Assembly: GCA_041917695.1 (NCBI GenBank)
Contig: JAYRXE010000037.1
Coordinates: forward strand, 306,582 to 370,581
DNA from: Minisyncoccota bacterium
Lineage (GTDB): Bacteria; Patescibacteriota; Minisyncoccia; UBA6257; GWB1-50-10
Length of the DNA: 64,000 bases
Reading direction: 5' to 3'
Part shown: positions 27,358-35,859 of the stretch, piece after piece
Layout: each line of letters starts with the position of its first letter
Position numbering within the stretch: the stretch's first letter is position 1
Position numbers and translations under genes: made by a program
The notes under the pieces: model-generated
The model's database searches: none
What the model saw: only the letters and a program-made list of their open reading frames with translations
Told to the model about the DNA's origin: nothing

Positions 27358-27376
27358 TCCGGTTCCTATCTCGAAT

Positions 27377-27407
27377 AAATCCCGCTTTCAGCGGGATTTA
27401 TTTTTTG
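27377..27407 (+). terminator. rho-independent terminator after groEL
   Basis: aaatcccgc-tttca-gcgggattt-attttttgg. Confidence 0.7.
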
Positions 27408-27442
27408 GCTTTTTTGAGGTATACTTACCGCATATAAAACAT

Positions 27443-28000
27443 ATGTTTACACCGCTTAATATCGTCCTCGGCATCGTCATCCTCGTCGTTTTGTGGGCTA
27501 TTTTCGCATTCAACAGCCTTGTGAGGCTCGTGAATCGCGCGAAAGAGGCGTGGGCGGACATCAACGTCCAGCTGAAGCGCCGGTACGACCTTATCCCGAA
27601 CCTTGTTGAGACAGTGAAGGGCTATGCGGAACACGAAAAAAGCGCGTTCCAGGCGGTAACTGAAGCCCGTGCAAAGGCGTTGGGTGCGCAAACAGTCAAA
27701 GAAAAGGAAGAAGCCGAAAATATGGTCTCGTCGGCTTTGAAAAGCATTTTTGCGATCGCTGAAGCCTATCCTCAGCTCCGCGCCGTGGAAAGCTTCACGA
27801 AACTCCAGGACGAGCTTTCCGATACGGAAAACAAGATTCAAGCCGCCCGCCGTTTCTACAACGGGAATGTCCGCGACTTAAACACGAAACTTGAAACCTT
27901 CCCGACGAACATTCTCGCGCCGATTTTTAACTTCAAGAAAATGGAATTCTTTGAGCTGACCGAGGAGGCGGCAAAGAATCCCGTCAGTGTTAAGTTCTAA
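27443..28000 (+). CDS. lemA: LemA family protein
   Basis: N-terminal TM then NSLVRLVNRAKEAWADINVQLKRRYDLIPNLVETVKGYAEHEK LemA signature. Confidence 0.8.
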   Translation: MFTPLNIVLGIVILVVLWAIFAFNSLVRLVNRAKEAWADINVQLKRRYDLIPNLVETVKGYAEHEKSAFQAVTEARAKALGAQTVKEKEEAENMVSSALKSIFAIAEAYPQLRAVESFTKLQDELSDTENKIQAARRFYNGNVRDLNTKLETFPTNILAPIFNFKKMEFFELTEEAAKNPVSVKF

Positions 28001-28045
28001 AAACGTTATTCACAGGGGAGGCGTTTCCTTCGCAATGAAGTTTCT

Positions 28046-28957
28046 TTGAATTGGATTATGGCAACTATTTATACGCATCGCAGTTCGAATATCCGAAAGA
28101 CCTTTTTCCTCTTTACGTTTTTTTGCGTCGCCGTGATTGCAATCGGCTGGGTTTTCTCCCAGATATACGGGAATCCCGGCATTCTTGTTTTTGCCGTCAT
28201 TTTCTCGTTTCTCATGAGCTTCATGAGCTATTGGTATTCCGATAAGCTCGTGCTTTCGATGGCGCATGCGCGCCCGGTGGAGGAAAAAGACGCGCCTGAG
28301 CTTTATCGCATTGTGGAGAACCTTTCCATCACCGCCGGGCTTCCGATGCCGAAGGTATACGTCATCGAAGATAATGCCGCGAACGCTTTTGCGACCGGCA
28401 GGAACGAAAAGCATGCGGTGGTTGCCGTGACGACCGGGCTTTTGCGCCGGCTTACCAAGCCCGAACTCGAAGGCGTGATTGCCCATGAACTATCGCATAT
28501 TGGCAACAAGGATATGCTCCTGAATACCGTGGTAGTGATTTTGGTCGGCTTCATTTCCCTTATTTCGGATATGTTCATGCGGTCTGCCATTTTCGGCGCG
28601 GGACGACGGGATGAAAACGGAGGCGGAAACGCCCTCTTTCTCGTGGGGATCGCCCTTGCGATCTTGGCACCCATCAGTGCGATGCTTATCCAGCTCGCCA
28701 TTTCAAGAAAGCGGGAATTTCTTGCGGACGCGTCGGGCGCGTTGCTTACCCGCTATCCGGAGGGGCTCGCGAGCGCCCTTGAAAAGATCGCCCACGATCC
28801 GACTCCGATGCACGGCGCGACGAACACCACGGCGCATTTGTGGTTCGACGATCCGTACGACAAGCCCGGCGAGAAGGTGAACTGGCTCCATAAGCTGTTT
28901 ATGACCCATCCGCCGGTCACCGAGCGCATCAAGGCGCTTCGCGAGATGGCGCATTAA
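28046..28957 (+). CDS. htpX: M48-family zinc metalloprotease HtpX
   Basis: HELSHIGNKD (HExxH), 4 TM helices, downstream E ligand; conserved lemA-htpX pairing. Confidence 0.85.
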   Translation: MNWIMATIYTHRSSNIRKTFFLFTFFCVAVIAIGWVFSQIYGNPGILVFAVIFSFLMSFMSYWYSDKLVLSMAHARPVEEKDAPELYRIVENLSITAGLPMPKVYVIEDNAANAFATGRNEKHAVVAVTTGLLRRLTKPELEGVIAHELSHIGNKDMLLNTVVVILVGFISLISDMFMRSAIFGAGRRDENGGGNALFLVGIALAILAPISAMLIQLAISRKREFLADASGALLTRYPEGLASALEKIAHDPTPMHGATNTTAHLWFDDPYDKPGEKVNWLHKLFMTHPPVTERIKALREMAH

Positions 28958-29022
28958 TTGACGGAGGCTTTGGAGAGGGGGTAGAGTCTTAGCAACTTTT
29001 AACAATTTAGAAGGAGCAAGAC

Positions 29023-29502
29023 ATGAATAAGCTGATTGGAGTGTTCCTCAAGGAACTCAATCTTTCCATGCTCAAGAAACTCATTGAGCGGGCAAAATTG
29101 CCGATGCACGCCTCATTCAACGAGGAAAAAGGCATTCTCACCATTTCCGAAAGTTTTTGCGAAAACGCCGGCATGGTTTTCACTTTAGAGTGCGAGCTTG
29201 AGCGCGCAAGACACATTGCAAAAAGCCTTGGTTTCGATATGGATGGCTCATCTCCGTGGTGCAGATACGTGCCTCACGTAACATTCGTGCATAACCGTTC
29301 AAAAGCCGCCGATGAGATCTACCTTGAACTCATGAGATCGGGGATTCCGTATGCGCTCACCTATACAAAAACGAACAGGCATTGGGAATACTCGGAAGGC
29401 CAGGGAACGATGACGGGGGACATGTGGAGTGCGAAACAAATAATCAAAGAAATCCACGATTTGCAGAAGCAATACAAAAAAGTGCTTGCTATTGCCGCTT
29501 AA
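29023..29502 (+). CDS. hypothetical protein (lower-GC islet)
   Basis: 159 aa, strong SD aaggag, about 47% GC; no recognisable domain. Confidence 0.5.
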   Translation: MNKLIGVFLKELNLSMLKKLIERAKLPMHASFNEEKGILTISESFCENAGMVFTLECELERARHIAKSLGFDMDGSSPWCRYVPHVTFVHNRSKAADEIYLELMRSGIPYALTYTKTNRHWEYSEGQGTMTGDMWSAKQIIKEIHDLQKQYKKVLAIAA

Positions 29503-29506
29503 ACTT

Positions 29507-29530
29507 AAACGCCCGTATGGGCGTTTTTAT
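29507..29530. terminator. bidirectional rho-independent terminator between convergent genes
   Basis: aaacgccc-gtat-gggcgttttt. Confidence 0.6.
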
Positions 29531-29733
29531 ATATCCTTCTTCACTTCGTTCATCTCCGCCTCCACGGACGCGATGCCTTCCTCTGCGCGTTTCATTTGGT
29601 CCTCCTCAGCGCGGTTCCGCCGCTCGCGCTCCTCGCGCATGCGGACAAGATCGGCTTGCCGCTTCTTCAAGTCGTCTGCGAGTTGGCGTTCCTTTTCCGC
29701 CGCTACTTTCGATTTATCGGGATTGCGTGGCAT
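29527..29733 (-). CDS. small coiled-coil protein (hypothetical)
   Basis: 68 aa Glu/Arg/Lys-rich helical sequence; opposite-strand ORF is low-complexity junk. Confidence 0.4.
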   Translation of the reverse strand: MPRNPDKSKVAAEKERQLADDLKKRQADLVRMREERERRNRAEEDQMKRAEEGIASVEAEMNEVKKDI

Positions 29734-29841
29734 ACCAATATGACGAGTGCAGAGGCTATTTCATGACGGATTGACACATTTCATTAATACATGCATAATT
29801 TTCCAGGCAAATTAAATTTTAAAAATCGGAGGAGAAACCGC

Positions 29842-30345
29842 ATGGAAGATATCTTTTCGCTCAATTTTCCGCTTGAGGAGGATTTCACGGCGTACAATCT
29901 GTGCCTGGGAGCATTTCAGGGCATCACCATAGAATCGCTTCAGTTTCTTGACGTTGGCTTCGTCATAACGGGAACGGTGTTTAACGAGCGCTACCTTGAG
30001 AACGGCATCCAAAATGGGTGGCATGTGCGCGTGGCCGCGGATTTAGCGAAAAAAACAGCATTCCTGGAAAGGATCAATGGCAATGAAAAGCCGCTAAGCT
30101 TGCAGGAGATTCATTTTAAAGACGGCTCCAAATGGATAGATTTGAAGCAGAAGAATTTTTCCTTCGGCGGAACGAGCGTAAGCATCACCCGCATGGATTA
30201 TTTGGCCGGTTCAGGCAACGAGAAGATAATTCAAATCGTTGGCGTCCTGCAAAATGCGTATCTTGGGTATTCTCCGGGAACTATGGTGAAGATCCGTTAT
30301 AACCCCTTAAATGGGCACGGATATATCGAGCAGAATATCATGTAA
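29842..30345 (+). CDS. hypothetical protein (lower-GC islet next to tRNA-Ser)
   Basis: Start MEDIFSL after SD ggagg; about 45% GC; no recognisable domain. Confidence 0.45.
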   Translation: MEDIFSLNFPLEEDFTAYNLCLGAFQGITIESLQFLDVGFVITGTVFNERYLENGIQNGWHVRVAADLAKKTAFLERINGNEKPLSLQEIHFKDGSKWIDLKQKNFSFGGTSVSITRMDYLAGSGNEKIIQIVGVLQNAYLGYSPGTMVKIRYNPLNGHGYIEQNIM

Positions 30346-30376
30346 ACAAAGCCCCGCAACGCGGGGCTTTTATTTA

Positions 30377-30463
30377 GCGGAAGGGGAGGGATTCGAACCC
30401 TCGGTACCTGTTACGGTACACAGTCTTTCCAGGACTGCCGTTTAAACCACTCGCGCACCCTTC
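30377..30463 (-). tRNA. tRNA-Ser (anticodon GGA)
   Basis: Reverse complement GGAAGGGTGCGCGAGTGGTTTAAACGGCAGTCCTGGAAAGACTGTGTACCGTAACAGGTACCGAGGGTTCGAATCCCTCCCCTTCCG; anticodon loop CTGGAAA, long variable arm GTACC/GGTAC, T-arm GGTTCGAATCC; D-stem pairing not resolved by eye. Confidence 0.75.
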
Positions 30464-30554
30464 CCGACTTTCACAAATATACGGGAAAAAATGGCCGATT
30501 TCAATTTTCTCTAAAACAAAACAGCCCCGAAGGGCTGTTTTGGAGTGCTGAAGC

Positions 30555-30893
30555 TTAGTAGCTGTCGCGACGGCCGTAACCGTTGCCACCGCCAAAGCCT
30601 CCGCGAGAACCACCGCCAAAATTCGAGCGGCGAGGGCGATCATTCGACATCGGCTTCGCCTCATTCACGATGAGTTTCCGCCCGCCGAATTCCTTGCCGT
30701 CAAACTGCTCAATCATGCGGTTCATATCCTCTTCGCTCTCGACTTCCACGAAGCCGAAGCCGCGAGAGCGACCCGACATGCGATCAATAATGATCGACGC
30801 CGAGGAGACCTCACCAGCCTGCGCGAAGTGGTTCTTGAGCTCTTCTTCGGTGGTGCTGTAGGGCAAGCCGCCGACGTAGAGTTTCTTAGCCAT
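30555..30893 (-). CDS. RRM-type RNA-binding protein with Gly-rich C-terminus
   Basis: RNP2 LYVGGL and RNP1 RGFGFVEV motifs; GGGSRGGFGGGNGYG tail. Confidence 0.8.
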   Translation of the reverse strand: MAKKLYVGGLPYSTTEEELKNHFAQAGEVSSASIIIDRMSGRSRGFGFVEVESEEDMNRMIEQFDGKEFGGRKLIVNEAKPMSNDRPRRSNFGGGSRGGFGGGNGYGRRDSY

Positions 30894-31099
30894 TGATTTT
30901 GTAGGAACTTGTAAGTCGACTCTCTTCTTCGCTTTTCTTTAGACTCACCGTCCTCCAAAACCTCAGAAGAACCTTACCTTTCCAGTATACCTTATCGGTG
31001 ACGGAACGTCAACTTAGACAGTATGTTGACCATTTGGTCAAGAGCGTGTTTACTAAGCGGTAGCTATTAATAAAAAACCAATATGAAAGGAATACGCGA

Positions 31100-31510
31100 A
31101 TGGCAAAACAGAAACCAAAACCCACCGAGTACCGCATTGAGATAAAAAACGAAGAAACGAACGCTAAATTCTTCGATCTTCTGAAGGCGCGAAACGAAAC
31201 GCTTCCGGAGGAAGTTGAAAAAAACCCGAAGGGAAGCGGCGGTGAGAATACGCCCAATTTTCCCATCTCAATCGGCGTGAAGGAATATATCGAAAAGTCG
31301 CCTTCGTTCGGCGTTTCCGGCGAGGATTACGTAATTTATACGAGTCCCAACAGAAACCTGCGCAAGGCAGCAAAGAAAAGAAAATCCTCCCCGCTGACCA
31401 AGGATCTTTCCCCGGAAACGAAACGGAAACGCTTTGATAAGCACAAGAAGAAATTCGATACCCGGAATGCCGTGGGTCACCATACCGATGCGCTGGTAAG
31501 CGAAAAATAA
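31100..31510 (+). CDS. hypothetical basic protein
   Basis: 136 aa, Lys/Arg-rich C-terminus; no recognisable domain. Confidence 0.45.
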   Translation: MAKQKPKPTEYRIEIKNEETNAKFFDLLKARNETLPEEVEKNPKGSGGENTPNFPISIGVKEYIEKSPSFGVSGEDYVIYTSPNRNLRKAAKKRKSSPLTKDLSPETKRKRFDKHKKKFDTRNAVGHHTDALVSEK

Positions 31511-31541
31511 AGAAAACCCCCGAAAGGGGGTTTTGTTTTCA
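31511..31541. terminator. bidirectional terminator
   Basis: aaaaccccc-gaaa-gggggtttt-gtttt between convergent genes. Confidence 0.6.
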
Positions 31542-32270
31542 AGCTGCAAGAACTTGGTCTTCAAGGTAGGCAAGAAGCTCTTCCTTTTTTTTCTCTTTTA
31601 ATTTCTTATCCACCATAAAAGGCCGTCCGAATGAGATTTTCATTTGTTTCCACAGGTGGGGAACCTTCCTGCCAACGGGAAGGATTTCTTCGGCGCCGTC
31701 CACCCACAGCGGCAACACGATAAACGGTCTTTTGGTTTTCTTTACGATAAAAGCGATGCCGTCTTGGAATTTCCGAATACGTCTCTTGCCGCGTATGCGC
31801 AGTTTTTCCACGTCCGTTTCCTTTCCCGTGCGCCCTCCTTCGGCGAAGAAGAGGCAGGTGTTTCCATTATCAATTTTTTTCACCAGGGTGAGGATGGCTT
31901 CGCCGCTTTTTCGCGCGTTGTCGCGGGGAATCGGTACCGTCGGTACGATTCTCATGAAGAGGCGCACAAGGGCCTTGAAGATTTTGCCAAAGAGGCCGGC
32001 ATCCATGAAATTCTTTTCATCGGGGGTGGAAATGGGAACGAGGGATGGGCGAACCAGGAAGCGAGGCCACAGCAAGGAAGGCACTGCGAGGGTTTCGAAA
32101 AGCGAGGGATGGTTGCAAATGATGACCAGTCCCGTGTTTTCGCGTATCTTGGCGTTTAGCGCTATTTCTTTGTTCCTTTCCCTGAATACGCGGATGCGGC
32201 GGGTTTTACGCAATAATTCTTTAAATCCTCCCAGTATTGCGGAGGCAAGAAAGAAAGCGAGTTGTCTCAT
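31539..32270 (-). CDS. plsC: 1-acyl-sn-glycerol-3-phosphate acyltransferase family (variant NHPS motif)
   Basis: ICNHPSLFETL (block I, NHxS/Q), FAEGGRTG (block III EGTR-like), PI.R block IV. Confidence 0.7.
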   Translation of the reverse strand: MRQLAFFLASAILGGFKELLRKTRRIRVFRERNKEIALNAKIRENTGLVIICNHPSLFETLAVPSLLWPRFLVRPSLVPISTPDEKNFMDAGLFGKIFKALVRLFMRIVPTVPIPRDNARKSGEAILTLVKKIDNGNTCLFFAEGGRTGKETDVEKLRIRGKRRIRKFQDGIAFIVKKTKRPFIVLPLWVDGAEEILPVGRKVPHLWKQMKISFGRPFMVDKKLKEKKKEELLAYLEDQVLAA

Positions 32271-32388
32271 TACTGTCTCCTTTTTAAATTGAACTGCTCA
32301 GATTAAACAAAAAAATGAGGCGCCTATCAAGTTTTCATTGAAAAGGCCGGGAAAGCACGATATAGTTTGAAGCGAAGAGAACCACTCC

Positions 32389-32883
32389 ATGGCCGACAAA
32401 CGCAAACAACCGAAAAAGAGGAAAAAGAAGGAGGCGCTGTCTTATCGCGTCACGTCATGGATAGGCACGCCCGCATCGCTTGCCGTACACACCTTATTTT
32501 TTGCCACCTGCATCGGATTGGTTTTTTTGGGCTTTGAGGCTGACCAGGTGATGCTGGTACTCACGACCATCGTTTCGCTCGAGGCCATCTATCTTTCTAT
32601 CCTCATCCAAATGTCGGTGAATCGGAGCATGGAGAGCTTGCGCGAGGTCGAAGAAGATATCGAGGAGATCCAGGAAGACGTCGAAGAGCTTACGGAAGAC
32701 ATCGGCGAAATCCAGGAAGACGTCGAAGAGCTTACGGAAGAGCGCATAGAAGAGTTGAAGCGGGAGTCCGCAAAGAAGAATCGTTCGCCGATTGCCGCTG
32801 CGGGACATGAAATCGGGAAAGTGTTGAGCGATTTGAATCCGCTTCGTCCGCGCAAACGGAAACCTGCGGGAGTCCGCAAATAA
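32389..32883 (+). CDS. DUF1003 family membrane protein with acidic tandem repeat
   Basis: TIVSLEAIYLSILIQMSVNR DUF1003 signature; EEDIEEIQEDVEELTEDIGEIQEDVEELTEE repeat. Confidence 0.6.
   Translation: MADKRKQPKKRKKKEALSYRVTSWIGTPASLAVHTLFFATCIGLVFLGFEADQVMLVLTTIVSLEAIYLSILIQMSVNRSMESLREVEEDIEEIQEDVEELTEDIGEIQEDVEELTEERIEELKRESAKKNRSPIAAAGHEIGKVLSDLNPLRPRKRKPAGVRK
32670..32743. repeat. direct repeat of a 32-nt core (period 42 nt) inside the DUF1003 gene
   Basis: atccaggaagacgtcgaagagcttacggaaga occurs twice (32670-32701, 32712-32743). Confidence 0.7.
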
Positions 32884-32886
32884 TAA

Positions 32887-34593
32887 ATGCAGCGAGAAGT
32901 AGACATCATCAAGGAGAAAGTAGACGTCGCCGACCTTATCCGTTCGTATATCCAACTTTCCCCCGCAGGCCGCAGCCTGAAGGGCTTGTGCCCGTTTCAC
33001 GGGGAAAAAACCCCCTCGTTCATCGTTTCGCCCGATAAAAAGATATGGCACTGCTTCGGATGCGGCGAAGGGGGCGATGTATTGAGCTTTGTGATGAAGT
33101 ACGAGCACGTGGAATTTCCCGAAGCTCTCCGCATGCTTGCCGAGCGCGCGGGAATTCCGATGCGCAACATCAGTCCTACGCAGGAACGCGAGTTCGGCGT
33201 GCTCTACGACCTTCACGAAGCGGCCGCCGTCTTCTTCGAGGAAAAGCTCACGGCGCACGCTCATGCGCGGGCGTATCTGCTTTCCCGGGGAATTTCCGAA
33301 GAAACCATCCGCGAGTTCCGCCTCGGTTATGATCCGGTGGGGGATTCCTTGGCGCTCCACCTCATGGGGAAGAATTTTGACATCAGGGAGATTACGCGGG
33401 CGGGTTTGGTGCAAAAAGTGCGCGGACTAAACCGCGATCGCTTCGAGGGAAGAATCATCTTTCCGCTTATGAACTCATTCGGTAAGGTCGTGGCGTTTGC
33501 CGGACGCGCCTTTGACGACGTGCCGGGCATTAAAAAGGAGGATATGGCGAAATATCTGAACTCCTCGGAAACGCCCATCTTCAACAAGTCAAAAACACTC
33601 TACGGATTTTACAAATCGAAGGGTTTTATTTCGGAGTCCCGCACCGCGTTCCTCGTCGAAGGGTATATGGATTTTTTGATGGCATGGCAGACCGGCGTGC
33701 AAAACGCCGTTGCCGTTTCCGGCACGGCCATCACCCGGGAGTACTTGGAGCGCCTGCGCCGGTTTGCGGACAGCCTTATCGTAAGCTTCGACAACGACGC
33801 TGCGGGATTCCGCGCGCTGGAGCGCTCGATGGATATGTTCCATGAATTCGATTTTCACGTGAAGGCGGTCTCCCTGGGAATCTACAAGGACCCCGGCGAG
33901 GCGGGGGAGAAAGACGCCGAGTTTCTCAAGCGGGCCGTCGAAACCGCAAAACCGGCATTTGAGTATCTCTTCAAACGGTATTTTGAAAGCGACGATATTT
34001 TGGATATTGCCCAGAAAAAAAGAGTGATTTCGCATTTCGTACGCCGACTCGCCGTCCTCAAGAGTCCCGTCGAGCAGGGAATATGGGCGAAGGCCCTTGC
34101 AAAGCGGGCGGATATCGACGAATCGGTTATCCTTGAGGAGCTTCAGGCGCTCCGGACGGGGAAAGCCCCCCAAAAGGCCGGAGAACCCTCCAAAACGCCC
34201 CCCTCGCGGAGCGAGGTCCTTGCAGAGAGGCTTTTGACGCTCGGGTTTGCAGAACCCGACTTTTGGGCTACAATAAGCCGGCAAAAAGAGCTTTTCCCTG
34301 AAAAGTTCCGTTCGCTCATAGATTCTCCCGACGACGAACGGAACGAGCTCATCCGCATGCGGGGAGCGTATGAATTCCAGGGAAAATCGAAGGCCGAGCT
34401 CAAGGCCGAATTCGAGGAAATGCTTGCCTACCTCGAGCTTGAGTCGCTCCAGCGGGAGCAGGAAGTCATCCGCCGCCGGATGCGCGGGGCGGAAGACGAC
34501 GATGCTGAGCACGCACGGCTCATGCGCGCCTTCCAGGAGACCGCGAAGCGCATCAACGACTTAAAACGTCCGAAAAATACGTTGCGCAAATAA
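32887..34593 (+). CDS. dnaG: DNA primase
   Basis: Zn-ribbon CPFHGEKTPSF..HCFGCG, TOPRIM EGYMD..D, C-terminal helical domain. Confidence 0.9.
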   Translation: MQREVDIIKEKVDVADLIRSYIQLSPAGRSLKGLCPFHGEKTPSFIVSPDKKIWHCFGCGEGGDVLSFVMKYEHVEFPEALRMLAERAGIPMRNISPTQEREFGVLYDLHEAAAVFFEEKLTAHAHARAYLLSRGISEETIREFRLGYDPVGDSLALHLMGKNFDIREITRAGLVQKVRGLNRDRFEGRIIFPLMNSFGKVVAFAGRAFDDVPGIKKEDMAKYLNSSETPIFNKSKTLYGFYKSKGFISESRTAFLVEGYMDFLMAWQTGVQNAVAVSGTAITREYLERLRRFADSLIVSFDNDAAGFRALERSMDMFHEFDFHVKAVSLGIYKDPGEAGEKDAEFLKRAVETAKPAFEYLFKRYFESDDILDIAQKKRVISHFVRRLAVLKSPVEQGIWAKALAKRADIDESVILEELQALRTGKAPQKAGEPSKTPPSRSEVLAERLLTLGFAEPDFWATISRQKELFPEKFRSLIDSPDDERNELIRMRGAYEFQGKSKAELKAEFEEMLAYLELESLQREQEVIRRRMRGAEDDDAEHARLMRAFQETAKRINDLKRPKNTLRK

Positions 34594-34596
34594 TAC

Positions 34597-35841
34597 ATGA
34601 AGAAAAAAAATAAGACCGTCAAAAAAAAGAAGCCGGTGGTGAAGAAGGCTGTCGCAAAGAAAAAGAAGGTTCTCAAGAAACCTGCCGTAAAAAAGAGGGG
34701 AATAAAAAAGAAAGCATCGCCCGCGCCCGCAAAAAAAGGAAAGGCGAAAAAGCCGTTTGAAGTCCCCGAGGAGTACCAGAAGGGACTTCAGGAGATCGTT
34801 GCCCGCGGCCGCTCGCGCGGATTCGTCACAGACGCCGAAGTGCTGAATTTCTTTCCGGCTATCGAAAAAACACTTCCGTTCCTCGAAGAGGTTTACGACA
34901 AACTTGAAAAGGAAGGCATCAAGATAAAGTCCGCCGCGACCTCGCTCGTCAAAGGCGAGCGGGACGAAATCACCGCGTCGGAATTGAAAGACGCCACCCG
35001 CATCGATACGAACCTTCCGGACGCGGTGCAGATGTACTTGAAGGAAATCGGCCGTACGCCGCTCTTGAACCAAAAGGAGGAGAAGGAGCTCGCCAAGCGC
35101 ATCGAAGCGGGAGATGAAATGTCACGCAAGAAACTCATCCAGGCGAACCTTCGTCTCGTGGTTTCGATTGCCAAGCGCTACGTGAACCGTTCGCCCCACC
35201 TTTCGATACTCGATCTCATCCAGGAGGGCAATATCGGCCTTTCCCGCGCCGTCGATAAGTTCGATTACAAGAAGGGCTTCAAATTCTCGACCTACGCAAC
35301 GTGGTGGATCCGCCAGGCGATTACCCGCGCCCTTGCGGACTACTCGCGCACCATCCGCATTCCGGTGCACATGGTTGAGACCATCACAAAATTCACGCAG
35401 GTGAAGCGTCGGTTGATGCAGGAACTCGGGCGGGAGCCACTTCCAGAGGAGATCGCGAACGAGATGAATATGTCCATCGACAAGATCCACTACATTCAAA
35501 AGATCTCGCAGGAAGTCATCTCGCTTGAAGCTCCGGTAGGCGATGACGACGAGGATTCGATGCTTTCGGATTTCATCAAGGACGAACAGAGCCTTACGCC
35601 TGACCAGCTCGCCTCGAACGCGCTTCTCAGGGATTACATCAAGGAAGTGATCGTCGACCTCTCGGAGCGCGAGCAGAAGATCCTTTCAATGCGTTTCGGA
35701 CTCGACGATAACATCGCCCACACGCTTGAGGAGGTCGGCAAAGTGTTCGGCGTCACGCGCGAACGCATCCGCCAAATTGAGGCGAAGGCGCTCGAAAAGA
35801 TCCGCCAGCATCCGAAGATCAAAAAGCTCGAAGGCTACTAA
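34597..35841 (+). CDS. rpoD: RNA polymerase sigma-70 factor RpoD with Lys-rich N-terminal tail
   Basis: Regions 1.2-4.2 conserved ([24 protein letters not shown], rpoD box); N-terminal 60 aa about 50% Lys. Confidence 0.95.
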   Translation: MKKKNKTVKKKKPVVKKAVAKKKKVLKKPAVKKRGIKKKASPAPAKKGKAKKPFEVPEEYQKGLQEIVARGRSRGFVTDAEVLNFFPAIEKTLPFLEEVYDKLEKEGIKIKSAATSLVKGERDEITASELKDATRIDTNLPDAVQMYLKEIGRTPLLNQKEEKELAKRIEAGDEMSRKKLIQANLRLVVSIAKRYVNRSPHLSILDLIQEGNIGLSRAVDKFDYKKGFKFSTYATWWIRQAITRALADYSRTIRIPVHMVETITKFTQVKRRLMQELGREPLPEEIANEMNMSIDKIHYIQKISQEVISLEAPVGDDDEDSMLSDFIKDEQSLTPDQLASNALLRDYIKEVIVDLSEREQKILSMRFGLDDNIAHTLEEVGKVFGVTRERIRQIEAKALEKIRQHPKIKKLEGY

Positions 35842-35859
35842 TACACCGTATTTGAAGAG

